A model generated the notes under the pieces. That model saw only the letters and a list, made by a program, of their open reading frames with translations, was not told the origin of the DNA and made no database searches. A program made the position numbers and the translations under genes. 27,553 nucleotides of DNA from Azolla caroliniana (Eukaryota; Plantae; Polypodiophyta): the NCBI GenBank assembly GCA_043228905.1, contig JBHGNT010000411.1:1-27553 (forward strand), written 5' to 3'. Shown here piece by piece: positions 1 to 11,508 of the stretch (positions within the stretch are counted from its first letter, which is position 1; each line of letters opens with the position of its first letter).

Positions 1-1299
1 AAAAGTTTAGGTGAGTCGAGACGTCGTTTTCGACGAGTCGGCATCTTGGTACGAACCAGAGACGACTCCGATTCCAACAACAATCGACGCATATTCAGCC
101 GACCAAGAGCTAGAGAACGACGATCGACTCTGTCAGATGTACGACGAAAGTCCAATTACGACAAGGCTGAGCAGACCTCAAGCGCCCTCAAGTTACCAAA
201 GCACATCTCGGCCGAGTATTGGGCTAGACAAAGGAAAGGCCAAAATGTCGGAATACAAAGATCTGATGGACAACGAGTCAACTCACTCCCTTGACAGTGA
301 GTTCGAAGGCCTGAACATACAATCATCAAGACGAATAGAACAATGAAATACTTAGTCTCTTCAAACGAGAAACTCTGTCGCTCCACCCGAGAGAAAAACC
401 CAGTTAGTCGATTCAGCCACAAGTCGGCATGTCCGATGCCCTCGATCAAATGGAGGCAAGGAGTATTTGTCGAACGATTTTAAAGTGTATCTCTGAAAAG
501 AAGGAATTCAACGAGAATTCTCGTGCCGACACACGCCTCAACAAAACGGAGTAGCCGAACGAAAGAGTTAGAGCATAGTAGAGGTGGCAAGGGCAATGAC
601 GAATGAGAAGAACCTGCCGAAATCATACTGGGCAGAAGTAGCTAACACAACCATCTATCTCATGAATTGATGTACAACCTTTGGGGTACACAAAGTAACC
701 CCTTACGAGGAGTTCTTCGAAAAGAAGCTGGATTTATTCCATGTTCGGATATTCGACTCAATCGCCTATGTGCATATTCCCCATGAGAAGCGACAAAATC
801 CTGACCCGAAGTCCGAGAATTTTATCCTCGTAGGGTACTCACTTGAACAAAAGGGGTACAAATGTTACAATCCATCCACCCGAAAAGTTTAGGTGAGTCG
901 AGACGTCGTTTTTGATGAGTCAGCATCTTGGTATGAACCAGAGACGACTCCGATTCCAACAACAATCGGCCCATATTCAGCCGACCAAGAGCTAGAGAAC
1001 GACGATCGACTCTGTCAGATGTACGATGAAAGTCTGATTACGACAAGGCTGAGCAGACCTCAAGCGCCCTCAAGTTACCAAAGCACATCTCGGCCGAGTA
1101 TTGGGCTAGACAAAGGAAAGGCCAAAATGTCGGAATACAAAGATCTGATGGACAACGAGTCAACTCACTCCCTTGACAGTGAGTTCGAAGGCCTGAACAT
1201 ACAATCATCTAGACGAATAGAACAATGAAATACTTAGTCTCTGCAAACGAGAAACTATGTCGCTCCACCCGAGAGAAAAACCCAGTTAGTCGATTCAGC
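1..1299 (+). repeat. Internal tandem duplication in copia pol (period 882 bp; 1-417 matches 883-1299)
   Basis: ORFs 11..346 and 893..1228 are near-identical. At ~420 the sequence jumps from the INT-RT linker back into the integrase core. Confidence 0.95.
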
Positions 1300-1897
1300 T
1301 ACGATGAGTATATTATAACATATCATTATGCCTTTATGATGAAGGTGGTGACCATCCAAGAACCGAAAACATTTTTTGAGGCGGCCAAGGATCCATGATG
1401 GATTGAAGCGATGAATGAGGAAATGCAGGCACTTTGTAAAAATGAGACATGGGATCCCGTTTCCTTTTCTCCACATCAAAAAGCAATCTACTATAGAAGG
1501 AGGTTCAAGGTAAAATATAATGTCGATGGTTCGGTATATCGCTACAAGGCACGACTCGTCGCTAAGGGATATGCTCAAACACATGGAGTCGATTATGAGG
1601 AGACCTTTGCCCTGGTGGCAAAGATGATGACTGTTCGGACAGTCATTGCTCTCGCAGCTGCAAAAGGATGGCGCACCTTCCTACAAGGCGAATTAGAAGA
1701 GGATATCTTCATGATTCAACCACCTGGTTTCAAATCGAGCAAACACCCTAAAGCAGTCTGTCGACTCAAGAAGCCAATGTATCGACTCAAGGAAGCACCA
1801 CATGCTTTGGCATTCGAAGATCACCCAATATCTTCACCAAATCGGCTTTTGAATGTCAAAATCGAACAACTCCCTCTACATAAAAAAATGAGTCAAT

Positions 1898-2443
1898 TGA
1901 AGAGAATATGCGGAATAATGCTCGGCCACAACCGAGTCTTACTATCAGTTTGTTAAGAATCACAATCACAGAGATGGGAATAAGGAGATAGATGTACGTA
2001 TACACGAAACACACAGAAAGAAATTGGTACACAAGATGTTAACGTGGAAAACCTTGAGAGGGGGAAAAACCACGGGAGCCCACAAACTCCGAACTATCAC
2101 TATATCAAAGAATACAACAGAGTGGCATAGAGTCAACGACCTCATGCTCATACTCTTCGCTTGGTGGTGGTTACAACAAAGAATTGTGTTGTATATCTCT
2201 CTCTCTCTCTCTCATTGTTACGCACTGTACAACAGTTACACCAATAACTCTATACAAAATAATGACCAACGCTATCTACTCTGTTTACCCTAGGTCATAT
2301 TTATACTAATATGACTTTTGGGCTATTTACAGATGTAGCCCCAATGGGCTCTCAGAAACATATTTCCATATATGTCTCTTCATCCGGTGAGAGGTTCTCA
2401 CCGGGCCTTCATCATCCCATCCGGAGGGACCGAGATCCTAACA
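1898..2443 (-). mobile_element. Solo LTR (546 bp, copia-type) inserted in the host RT
   Basis: TG...CA ends with a perfect 5-bp TSD TCAAT (1893-1897, 2444-2448). The minus strand carries the copia LTR motif CCCGTGGTTTTTCCCCCTCTCAAGGTTTTCCACGTT. Removing the insert (and one extra A in the A7 run) restores SLYIKNESINLIFIILYMDD. Confidence 0.9.
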
Positions 2444-3610
2444 TCAATCAACCTGATTTTCATCATCTTGTACATGGATGATCTCGTCATCGGAGGAAAG
2501 GATCTAACCGACATTACTAAGGTAAAACCACTCCTATCTGGTAGATTCAAAATGAAAGATATGCATGAGCTCCATTACTTCCTTGTTATCGAAGTAATTC
2601 GAACACCAATATGGATATTGATCTCTCAATGGCACTACATTCTCAACTTTCTCTACAAGTTCGGGATGACTGAGTGCAAACCTGTGTCTACCCCTCTCGA
2701 TCGAAACCTCAAACTCAATGCCGATTCGCGAATAGAAGATTGTGAGCCGACTCAGTATCATCAACTAATCGATAGCTTAATCTACCTTACCATCACATGA
2801 CCCGACCTCTGCTACTCGATCGGTCTACTTAGCCAATTTATGCAGAAACCTCAGGACATCCATCTCAATTGTGCTAAGAGGGTACTTAAGTACGTTTGTG
2901 GGACAATGGATTATGGCATCATGTATAAGTTCGACACGATTATTCAACTTGAAGGGTACATAGATGCGGACTGGGCCGATCGACGATCAACTTTAGGATT
3001 CGTCTTCTCTCTCGGTAGCGGCACGATCTCCTGGAGTAATAAGAAGCAGCTGACACTTGCATTGTCGAGCACAGAGGCCGAATACAGGGGCGCGGGAGTC
3101 GCCACATGTGAGGCCGTCTGGCTGAAGCGCATATTGAAGGATTTTGGCGTTCCCATCAAAGATCCAATTCTCCTATATTGCGACAACATGAGCAATATCT
3201 ACTTGGCTCGGAACCCTGTGTTCCACACAAGGACTAAGCATATCGAAGTGCACTATCACTTCATCTGAGAGTGCGTTCAAGCTGGAGATGTCAATTTACA
3301 ACACATCAACATGACTCTTCAGGTTGCCCACATCTTCATAAAAGCCCTGGGTATCAACAAGTTGCGGCAATTCACGACGAACCTTGGTATGTTGGTCACC
3401 GACCAGCCACACATGAGGGGGAGCACCAAAAAACAATGATAACTGAACAGAAGAGGAGTCGAAGTACGATGATAATAGAGCCGAACAAGGAGCATGCAAC
3501 ACCTAAACAGTCAAAGTTGTGCCGATTGACTTTCCGAAAGCTGATTAAGCCGAATTGAAGTTTTTCAAAGATCGAACCGAACCAACTTTTCGGCATCCAT
3601 AAGTTGTGTT

Positions 3611-3808
3611 TGAAGGGGCGTGTTGAGAATCGATCTCAACTTCCTAATGAAATGGTTTCACACTAGCTAGAGGACATACTAGGCTAGTTTTGTAAATAGT
3701 AGAAAGGACAGTTGCCCTAGACTAGTTGGTATTTAAACCAACTCTTTGTAACTTAGTTATTGTTGGATGTAATTCTATTTTTACTAATATAGGTTCTCGT
3801 TCAAAGCT

Positions 3809-3871
<63 letters not shown>

Positions 3872-3939
3872 TGTCTTACGCACACACACAATTTACTTCC
3901 ACTGCACAACATCACCTACATCGCGCACATTTCTTTACA
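3611..3939 (+). repeat. PPT and 3' LTR of the copia element, containing a (CT)29 tract
   Basis: TGAAGGGGCG purine tract directly followed by TGTTGAG at 3621. TATA-like TATTTAAA at ~3730. Candidate end TTTACA at 3939 (approximate). (CT)n at 3811-3868. Confidence 0.7.
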
Positions 3940-3994
3940 AGATATGTTTATTTCTTTCTTTGCAATTAAGAATTGGCAATGACAACTCATTCAC

Positions 3995-4350
3995 AGTCCA
4001 AACCCTAAACCATTAAAAAATTTTGAAACTTGAACTGAACCACATAACCATTAAACTGAACCGTTTAAAAAAATCTAAACCGTTAAAACCATGGTTTCGT
4101 GGTTCGGTTTTGGTTTTCAACGTAGGTCAAATTTCAAAATTTAAAATATTTCATTATTTTAAATTTTAATATTTCAAAAATTTAACGATTTTCCTAAAAT
4201 GTGAGAATAAGGCTTGAAAATGAAAAGATTTAATTTTAAAAAATAAAAAATAAAAAACCATTAAACCGCAGTTTCTAACTGTTGAAACCAAACCAAACCA
4301 AACCGTTTAAACCATTAAACCACAGGTTCGTGGTTCGGTTCGGTTCAAAC
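3995..4350. mobile_element. AAACCG/CGGTT-rich MITE remnant (hAT-like subterminal repeats)
   Basis: Two clusters of AACCG/AAACCA followed by GGTTCGGTT motifs flank an AT-rich core. No clean TIR pair or TSD was found. Confidence 0.55.
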
Positions 4351-5119
4351 TGAACCGTTACTGACTGTTATTTGCAATGGTTGTTAGAAATGTATCCATT
4401 ATGTTCTTGGATTGTGAACGAGTTGAGAAAAGTTGTTGCAGAAGTCAAAACAGCTTAGGAATAATGTGGAATAATGTTGGTGATAAGGGATATAAATAAT
4501 TATCTAAGATGCATGGGCCAAAATATGCAAGAATCTAAATGCATCATTTAACGTGGTATGATGGTATATTAATTGATGATCATGTTGGTATGTGGGAGTC
4601 GACATTGCTCTTGACTTACAGAAATTTATTGACAGAACTATCCTTTTCTATGGAGGATTTGCAAACAAAGAATGATATGCTTGAGTGCATTCCGTGTTTA
4701 TTCTCGTGAAAGATTTTGTCAACTTTGATGCAACCAATGATGTCAAATGAGATTTTCTTGCTTTGTTAGAGTTAAATCAAGATGCATGTTGTGACAATGA
4801 TGGTTGTTAACTATATGTCATCCATGACACAAGTTATGAAGACAACAATGCTAACATGAAGATCAAGAAGACACTAGGGAAAAGAGGATATCAGAAATCT
4901 TACTAGAAAGCTTGTAACCAAATGGCCAACCTAATGTGAAAGAATCTCAACCACATTCTAAAATGTTATAAAAGCCACTAAAGTTTAGAACACTTCTTCT
5001 TCCTTGGGTTTCTTATTTCACTTAGTGTAATAGAGGTCTCACTGACCCAATGACATCGAGGGGAGGAAGAACTGGACATCAATTCATAAATGTGTTCCGG
5101 TGTTGTGCACATATAAACT

Positions 5120-5566
5120 ACGCAATGGTCTAACAAAGTTGTTCTTTGAAAAGTATTGGTCTTGGATTAGACTTAATGTCACCACTACATTTAATGGAAT
5201 CTTTGTGTGAGCTATATGCGACTTGATTAATCAGAAGGTCTAATTTTTGTGATCTCTAAAAGGGAAGCTCAATTAGAAGATATTGCAAATTGGCATCTAA
5301 TCACATTATTAAATCCTATATATAAGATGTATGCAAAAACCTTTGCTAATCAATTATAAGGTTGCCACATTTGGTTCAATGGATTATTTTGGTTGACATT
5401 TTTATTTTTTGGGAAGTAGTTGCATTGGCTATGGAATCATGTTAGGACTTATTTGTTTTTTAGTAGACTTTGAGAAGGCTTCTGATGGGTAGATTGGTTA
5501 TTTTCACCTGCCATTTTGAGGAAAATGGGGTTTTCTAAGGAATGGATTGGTGGAGTTGCAACATGT
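5120..5566 (+). pseudogene. L1-type LINE reverse transcriptase remnant
   Basis: Frameshifted translation gives NGLTKLFFEKYWSWI, DIANWHLITLLNPIYKMYAK, FWEVVALAMES, VDFEKASD, DWLF..ILRKMGFSKEWI. Confidence 0.8.
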
Positions 5567-5591
5567 AAAGAATCAAGTATATTCAATTCTA

Positions 5592-6190
5592 TGTAACGGT
5601 GTTGGGGATATCCGCGAGTATGAGTCGAAACGGATAGGACCACCAGGGTCTCGGACTAAGAAGCCAGTAAGCAAAGTGAGAGAGGTTATCCGGATCGTTT
5701 CCGGGTAACTTCGTCGGATCGCAACACAGACACATGTCCGATCGAGACCAGTCTCTGGATGCCAGATGATGAGCACACAGGCTCAGACGCTTACAATGTT
5801 CCGGAACTGCCACCAGATAACAAATAATGAGCCCACGAGCTACCACACTCGGGTATGCACGAACAAATGAGGGGGGTGCAAAGACAAGACTACAAGCAGA
5901 AACCAAAAGATACAGGAGAATAGAAACAACAAATAATCGATTAACTTAAGATAGGGGAAAATACAACCGGACTCGGCCGGTAATAGAGCTTCGAGTTTTG
6001 CACACACACACACAAACAAACAAGAGGAATGATGAGACTCTGGTCAGGAGCACACGGGCTTCCAATGCGAGTAGAGGGCTCACCTTCCTTTTGAATCAAT
6101 ATAGAGCGAAAACAGGGAGAACGGTAGAGCTCCAGATTTCAAACCGACAACACTTCTCCCTCCAAAATGATGGATCCCCTTTCTCTCTCT
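5592..6190. mobile_element. Probable truncated LTR fragment
   Basis: Abrupt switch to GC/CpG-rich non-coding sequence starting TGTAACGG. No matching end or TSD was seen. Confidence 0.35.
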
Positions 6191-6194
6191 ACAC

Positions 6195-7330
6195 AAGTAT
6201 GTTTCTTACTCTACGCAGACAACATCGTCTTTGCTCTCGGAGTTTGAACACGACCTACAAAAGCACCTTAATGCCCTAGATGACTTTTGCACACAATGAC
6301 GACTGGTGGTGAATCTAGTGAAAACTAAAGTCCTTATCTTTCATACATCGTCTCAAGTTAGAAGTAAATGTCACGTAATCCTCTCTCATAAACCAATTGA
6401 GGTAGTTGGATCATATGTACATATGGGAGTCACTTTTAGTGCTTGTTCAGGTAAATTCTCGATGACCTAGGCAACCAAAGATAGGCTAACAAGAGGGTAT
6501 GCATCCCTCTCACTCTTAGAGAGACAATGCCACCATGCATACTTTCAAGAGCCACGGACTAAGTGATGGCTCTTCAACTCATTAGTGACTCCCTCATTCA
6601 TGTATGCATCAGTAGTATGGGCTCCAGGTCTACCACCTTTCATGTGGACGCAATTAGAGAGAGATCTTTGGTGACGATGTTATCATGTCAACTCCGAAGC
6701 AAAACGATAGTACCACATGACATTATTAGAGCAGAGTTCAGTTTGCCCCCGATATTAGTAGAAGCACTTTTCCAAGTGGTAATTTTTGTTCATTGTATAC
6801 ATAGCCAACCACAAGATACGACGTCAAGATTTTGAGGCATCTTGATCCAAATATGCATCCGGAGACACTAGCTCTTGGTATAGCAATGTAGTGAGTTGGT
6901 TACTTCCAAATGGCATAGACATTAATAACCTACCTCCCCTTAAGTACAACCATGGGACTGATCAAACTTTAATCTCTCATGAAGAGCGTAAGAAAGAAAT
7001 ACGCCAAGAAATATGGCAAATTTATACCTGATAAATGGATCACCCCACTCAACCCACTCCCATCTAAAATGTTATACTATAAGGAACACTTCGTGCATTT
7101 CTCTAAGTTAGGTTTTATTACACGACCAAAATATCTAGATACATTCTTATCAAATGCACTAAGGGTGGCCATTGGGCAACTTAGGATATTATCATCTCAC
7201 CAACTTGAGATTGAGAATGGTAATGCTAATAGAGTCCCTAGAGAGGAAAGGCTATGTAGGTTATGTCACATAGAGATAGAGGATGAGTATCACTTTACAT
7301 GCAACTGTCCAACTTATGCCGAGATAGAAG
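6195..7330 (+). pseudogene. Non-LTR retrotransposon remnant (RT 3' half plus C-terminal Cys/His motif), RTEX/RTE-like
   Basis: LLYADNIV (a YADD variant), LQKHLNALDDFC, LVVNLVKTKVLIF, IEVVGSYVHMGV, MYASVVWAP, then SSHQLEIENG..VPREERLCRLCHIEIEDEYHFTCNCPTY. Confidence 0.8.
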
Positions 7331-8143
7331 ACAATGCTCAAATATCCAAAAGTCTTAAACAATCCTACCATCAAGGATAATCTTGAACAACTCAAACAAA
7401 TTCAAGCCAAGATCCTTTACTTCAAGCTCAAGCCAAGTACAAGAATATTGCAGATAGACATCGCTTACTGATTTTGCACTCAAAACACGTCCGCGTTCAC
7501 AAGTGGAAGGATCGTGCACAAATGGAAGGATAAGGAATATTCCGTCTGATTTTGGGGCTTTTTTGGCCATTTCACAAAACACCTTGATACCAATATCACA
7601 TGTTCTCCAAAACTTGATGAAAAAGCTAAAAAATTTCACCATTTGGTAAAATTGAAAAATGCCAAATTTTGGCCAAATACAAAAAGTAACTTTGTGTATT
7701 TTTAAGGAGAAATTACAACTAGTAGTATTTTAGATCCTAACGATATCATAAGCGAAAGATTCCCAAATAATCAAGTTTTTTATTTCATTCGATAAAATGT
7801 TGTCTAAATTTGTTACATATCGTTGCACAAAAAATACATTTAGGAGTTATTTGTATCACTATCATCATTCCTTTCATGAGAATCTTTACTACAGCTAATA
7901 ACAATTGTGACTCTTCCTCCTCATTTTCAAATGTACCAATCAAATCATTGTCCTAGGTTATGGCCATCTACATGTGTAGCTATTAATATCCCCACCTTGA
8001 GTTCTTGCAAGTTTCCTTGTCACCTGAGTTATGCTCGTGTTGTCATCCTTAGTTCCACACAAATGTTTCTCTGTTGTAGATGAAGCAAACTATGAAGATC
8101 AACATGTGGTGATTAAGAACCACGAGAATATTCTATAGACCAC

Positions 8144-9852
8144 GTAAATGTCATTTCCAAGGTTCAATTACAATCAACACAAATATTAATGTATTTTTGT
8201 TCATCAATGAAGCACAAGTTCACCATAAGGTGTCTTGTTGTGCAACATACTTCTTTGCAACATCAATATGCATCTTTTTCTCTTGTAAAAACAGAGAATT
8301 GAGTACAATTCGGAGTTCATGTAAATCCTAAACATCTTTTATTTGAAAAAAAAGAAGATTTCTAAACATGAACTCCATACATTGTATCGAGTTGATGTAA
8401 AAAACAGAGTTTTCAACACAATTCCATACAATATATCAAATTCATGTTCAAAGTTTCTTTTCCCGAATTTAAAAAAATAAAAAAATAAAAAAATAATGCT
8501 TCAGTTGATGAAAAAACCAAAATTTTCACCACAATTCAATATAATGTATGTAGTTCATGTTTAAAGTAGTTTATTTTTTATTTTCTTCAAAGTTTTTTTA
8601 TTCTTTTATTTGTTTTTGATTTTTTGATTTTTTTTTATTTGGAAAAAAAATCTTTAAACATGAATTCGATACATTGTATTGACTTGTGATGAAAACTCTG
8701 GTTTTTTCATCACTTCAATTTATTTTTTTTAAAAAGAAAAACCCCAAAATAAATAGAAAAAATAAATTGTTTTTTAAAAAACCCCAGAAAATAACTTTAA
8801 ACATGAACTCGATACATCGAGTTCGTGTTGAAAAGTTGACTTTTCAACATGAATTTGATACGATGTATTGAGTTCATGTAGAAAAGCTCTGTTTTCAACA
8901 CGAACTCAATACGATGTATGGAGTTCTAGTTGAAAATCTGACTTTTTCATGTTTAAAAACAGAGTTTTCAACACGAACTCGATACATCATATGGAGTTCT
9001 TGTTTAAAAACTCAGCTTTTTGACACTCGATACATCGTATCGAGTTCGTATTGAAAAACAGAGTTTTCAAGACCAACTCGATACATTGGATCAAGTTCGT
9101 GTTGAAAACTCCCCTTTCCAACATGAAATCGATATATTGTATCGAGTTCGTGTTGAAAACTCTCCTTTCCAACATGAACTCGATACATTGTATCGAGTTC
9201 ATGTTTAAAGTTCTTTTTGGGGGTTTTTTAAAAAACAATTTTAATTTTTTTTCTATTTATTTTGGGGTTTTTTTGTTTTTTGAAAAAAAATTGAAGTGAT
9301 GAAAAAACTAGAGTTTTCATGACAAGTCGATACAATGTATCGAATTCATGTTTAAAGTTTTTTTTTCAAAAAAAAATTCTTTTATAAATAAAACAAAATC
9401 AAAAAACTTTGAAAACAATTAAAACAAATTACTTTAAACATGAACTGGATACATTGTATTGAATTGTGGTGAAAATTCTGGTTTTTTCATCAACTCAAAC
9501 TCCATTTTTATTTTTTATTTTTTATTTTAAATCTAGGAAAAAAACTTTGAACATGAATTTGATACATTGTATGGAATTGTGATGAAAACTCTGTTATCTG
9601 CATCAACTCAATACAATGTATGGAGTTTATGTTTAGAAATCTTCTTCTTTTTCAAATAAAAGAGGTTTAGGGTTTACATGAACTCGAATTGTATTAATAT
9701 CTCTGTTTTTACAAGAGTAAAAGATGCATATCGATACTTTAAAGAAGTATGTTGCACAACAAGATACCTTATGGTGAACGTGTGATTCCTTGATTAACAA
9801 AAAAACATTAAATTTGTGTTGATGGTAATTGAACCTTGCAAATGCAATTTAC
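8144..9852. repeat. ~1.7-kb imperfect palindrome (foldback) made of ~16 self-palindromic units
   Basis: Arms mirror each other, e.g. 8155 TTCCAAGGTTCAATTAC vs ~9825 GTAATTGAACCTTGCAA, and 8700-8815 vs 9190-9310. Unit consensus AAACATGAACTCGATACA-T-TGTATCGAGTTCATGTTT, with a ~51-bp period in the centre. Confidence 0.95.
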
Positions 9853-10249
9853 TTCACAAATTTTGTAGGGGAGTTCTCAAAATGAAGAAGAGGAGAGCAT
9901 TGTGGACACGTTGATAACTATGTGATATGTTCAAATTGATATATTAATGTTTACATCTAAGTTTGGCAGTTTTGACAGATTATGAATATCGTCTATATTT
10001 TAGGAGTTATGGATTTATCAAAATTGTTTATGAATATTATATACATTTCTTGAGTTGTGAATTTATGGATGTCAATGAACACTAAATTTATAGATGATGG
10101 CATTAAGGATTACAATGTTACCTCTTATACTTAAAACATTTTCAAGTCTAACAATAGATGTAACTTCCACTTCTGGAACCTACATCTCCTCAAGATGGTG
10201 AAACCATTAATCTTTTCTTTTTCTATCCAAAAGAAAACTACTTCCATTA

Positions 10250-11508
10250 GTTATTAAATTTTACAAATGAGACGATTATGTACAAATCCCTGTAGGGACA
10301 CGATAGTTCCATCTTATGTGGATGCCCACTGACTCAAGAAAGGGAGCGGACGACCATTGTTGGATGAAGGCTATTCGTTGTCTTTCAACTCCATCGGAGC
10401 TGCACTTGAGGCCATCATATTGGCTCTTTAGAGTGGCTACAATTTCACTCCATATCTCTTGCAGTAACCTTGTTGGATGCGCAGTTTGGTTGGAGAAGAC
10501 TCGTCTACACCGTTGTTTCCATAGAATCCAAAGAGTTATTGGGCTGACCAATTCCAACACAACTTAAGATTTGTCATTAAGAGGAGTTGAGTGGACATTG
10601 CCGCTGGTGGAGAAAAAAACCTCTTGTGCTAAATTTATCACCGAAGTCATCCCCTCCCCCTGATGCTCGTATCTGTCAACTAGGGTCTCCTATGATAGCT
10701 AACATATATTTTACCACTTGATTGAGCCTTGCACCTGGCATAATTGCAACAAGCGGCCAACCCCCCGCCATATTCGATGGGACGTTGGGCAGTCCCACAA
10801 AGCGTGTCGTATTGATTCTACTGCATTTGGGCACTCTACACAATTAAGAGAGCAAAGGTTCCCACGTTGCCATGCTCCCACCGGTAGGGACTTATGTATT
10901 AATAGCCATTGGAACGTGGTAATTCGCCTCGCGTGTTGTTGTTTCCAGATTTTCTACCAAAACTTGGTGATAATTGTGGGAGGAACTTGAATTGTGTGCC
11001 GGACCTTCGCAGCAGCCGGCTCTCGGGTGGTTTGAGCAGCTAGAATGTGGTGACCCAATCTAGTTGTGAATTGGAAGAAAGGGATGGGTTTGCTTCCTTG
11101 CCCCGCGTAAGGATCGCGCCATGTCCATTGCAAAGGGTCCCAACTGACCTTACGTAGCCATGTGTTTTCATGAGTACATATGTGCCAATCGGCTTTTGAT
11201 CGGATTAAGATCTACAATCCATTTATGACGAGTACACGCGAGTACTCGAATTGCATTATTCTGTGTTGGTGTCTCAATGTCTCACAATTCAAAGCCTTCG
11301 ATCTTGTCTAGTGTTCCCCTACCTCTCGGGATCAGAGATCCCTCCTCCTCGTGGCCTATCCATTTCTCCATTGTCATCCTTTGAGTAGCAGTTTCCCTAA
11401 TCAATAGAGCATTAATTATTTCCGATCTCATAGTCCATCCGCCCATGATTCCATGGAGTATGTTGGCTTGATCTTGTAGTGGCAGTGACATAAACCGTTG
11501 CCAACATT
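10250..11508 (-). mobile_element. 5'-truncated L1 LINE (ORF2 C-terminus with zf-RVT) nested in the TIR element
   Basis: Minus strand CVECPNAVESIRHALWDCP (~10790-10845) and LWILWKQRCRRVFS (ORF 10276..10560). GC content is higher than the flanks. Boundaries are approximate. Confidence 0.85.

Larger units (their letters stand above)
1..3939 (+). mobile_element. Degenerate Ty1/copia LTR retrotransposon (integrase-RT-RNase H-3' LTR); 5' part lies outside the window
   Basis: Domains in copia order. Integrase: HTPQQNGVAERK, LPKSYWAE, GYSLEQKGYKCYNP, VSRDVVFDE (420-930). RT: MNEEMQAL..NETW, RYKARLVAKGYAQTHGVDYEETF, IILYMDDL. RNase H: GYIDADWA, ALSSTEAEY, CDNMS, RTKHIEVHYHFI. Many stops and frameshifts. 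Confidence 0.95.

Noticed and set aside
7477-7490. CACTA-type terminus (CACTCAAAAC) for the TIR element
   Set aside because: The right end lacks the complementary GAGTG and there is no 3-bp TSD, so the superfamily was left open.
8790-9210. CRISPR-like array of palindromic repeats
   Set aside because: Units are degenerate, linkers are only ~6 bp and not unique spacers, there are no cas genes, and the context is a eukaryotic TE.
8686-9299. Short ORFs with repeated NSIxCIEF peptides
   Set aside because: By-products of the ~51-bp palindromic repeat, present on both strands.
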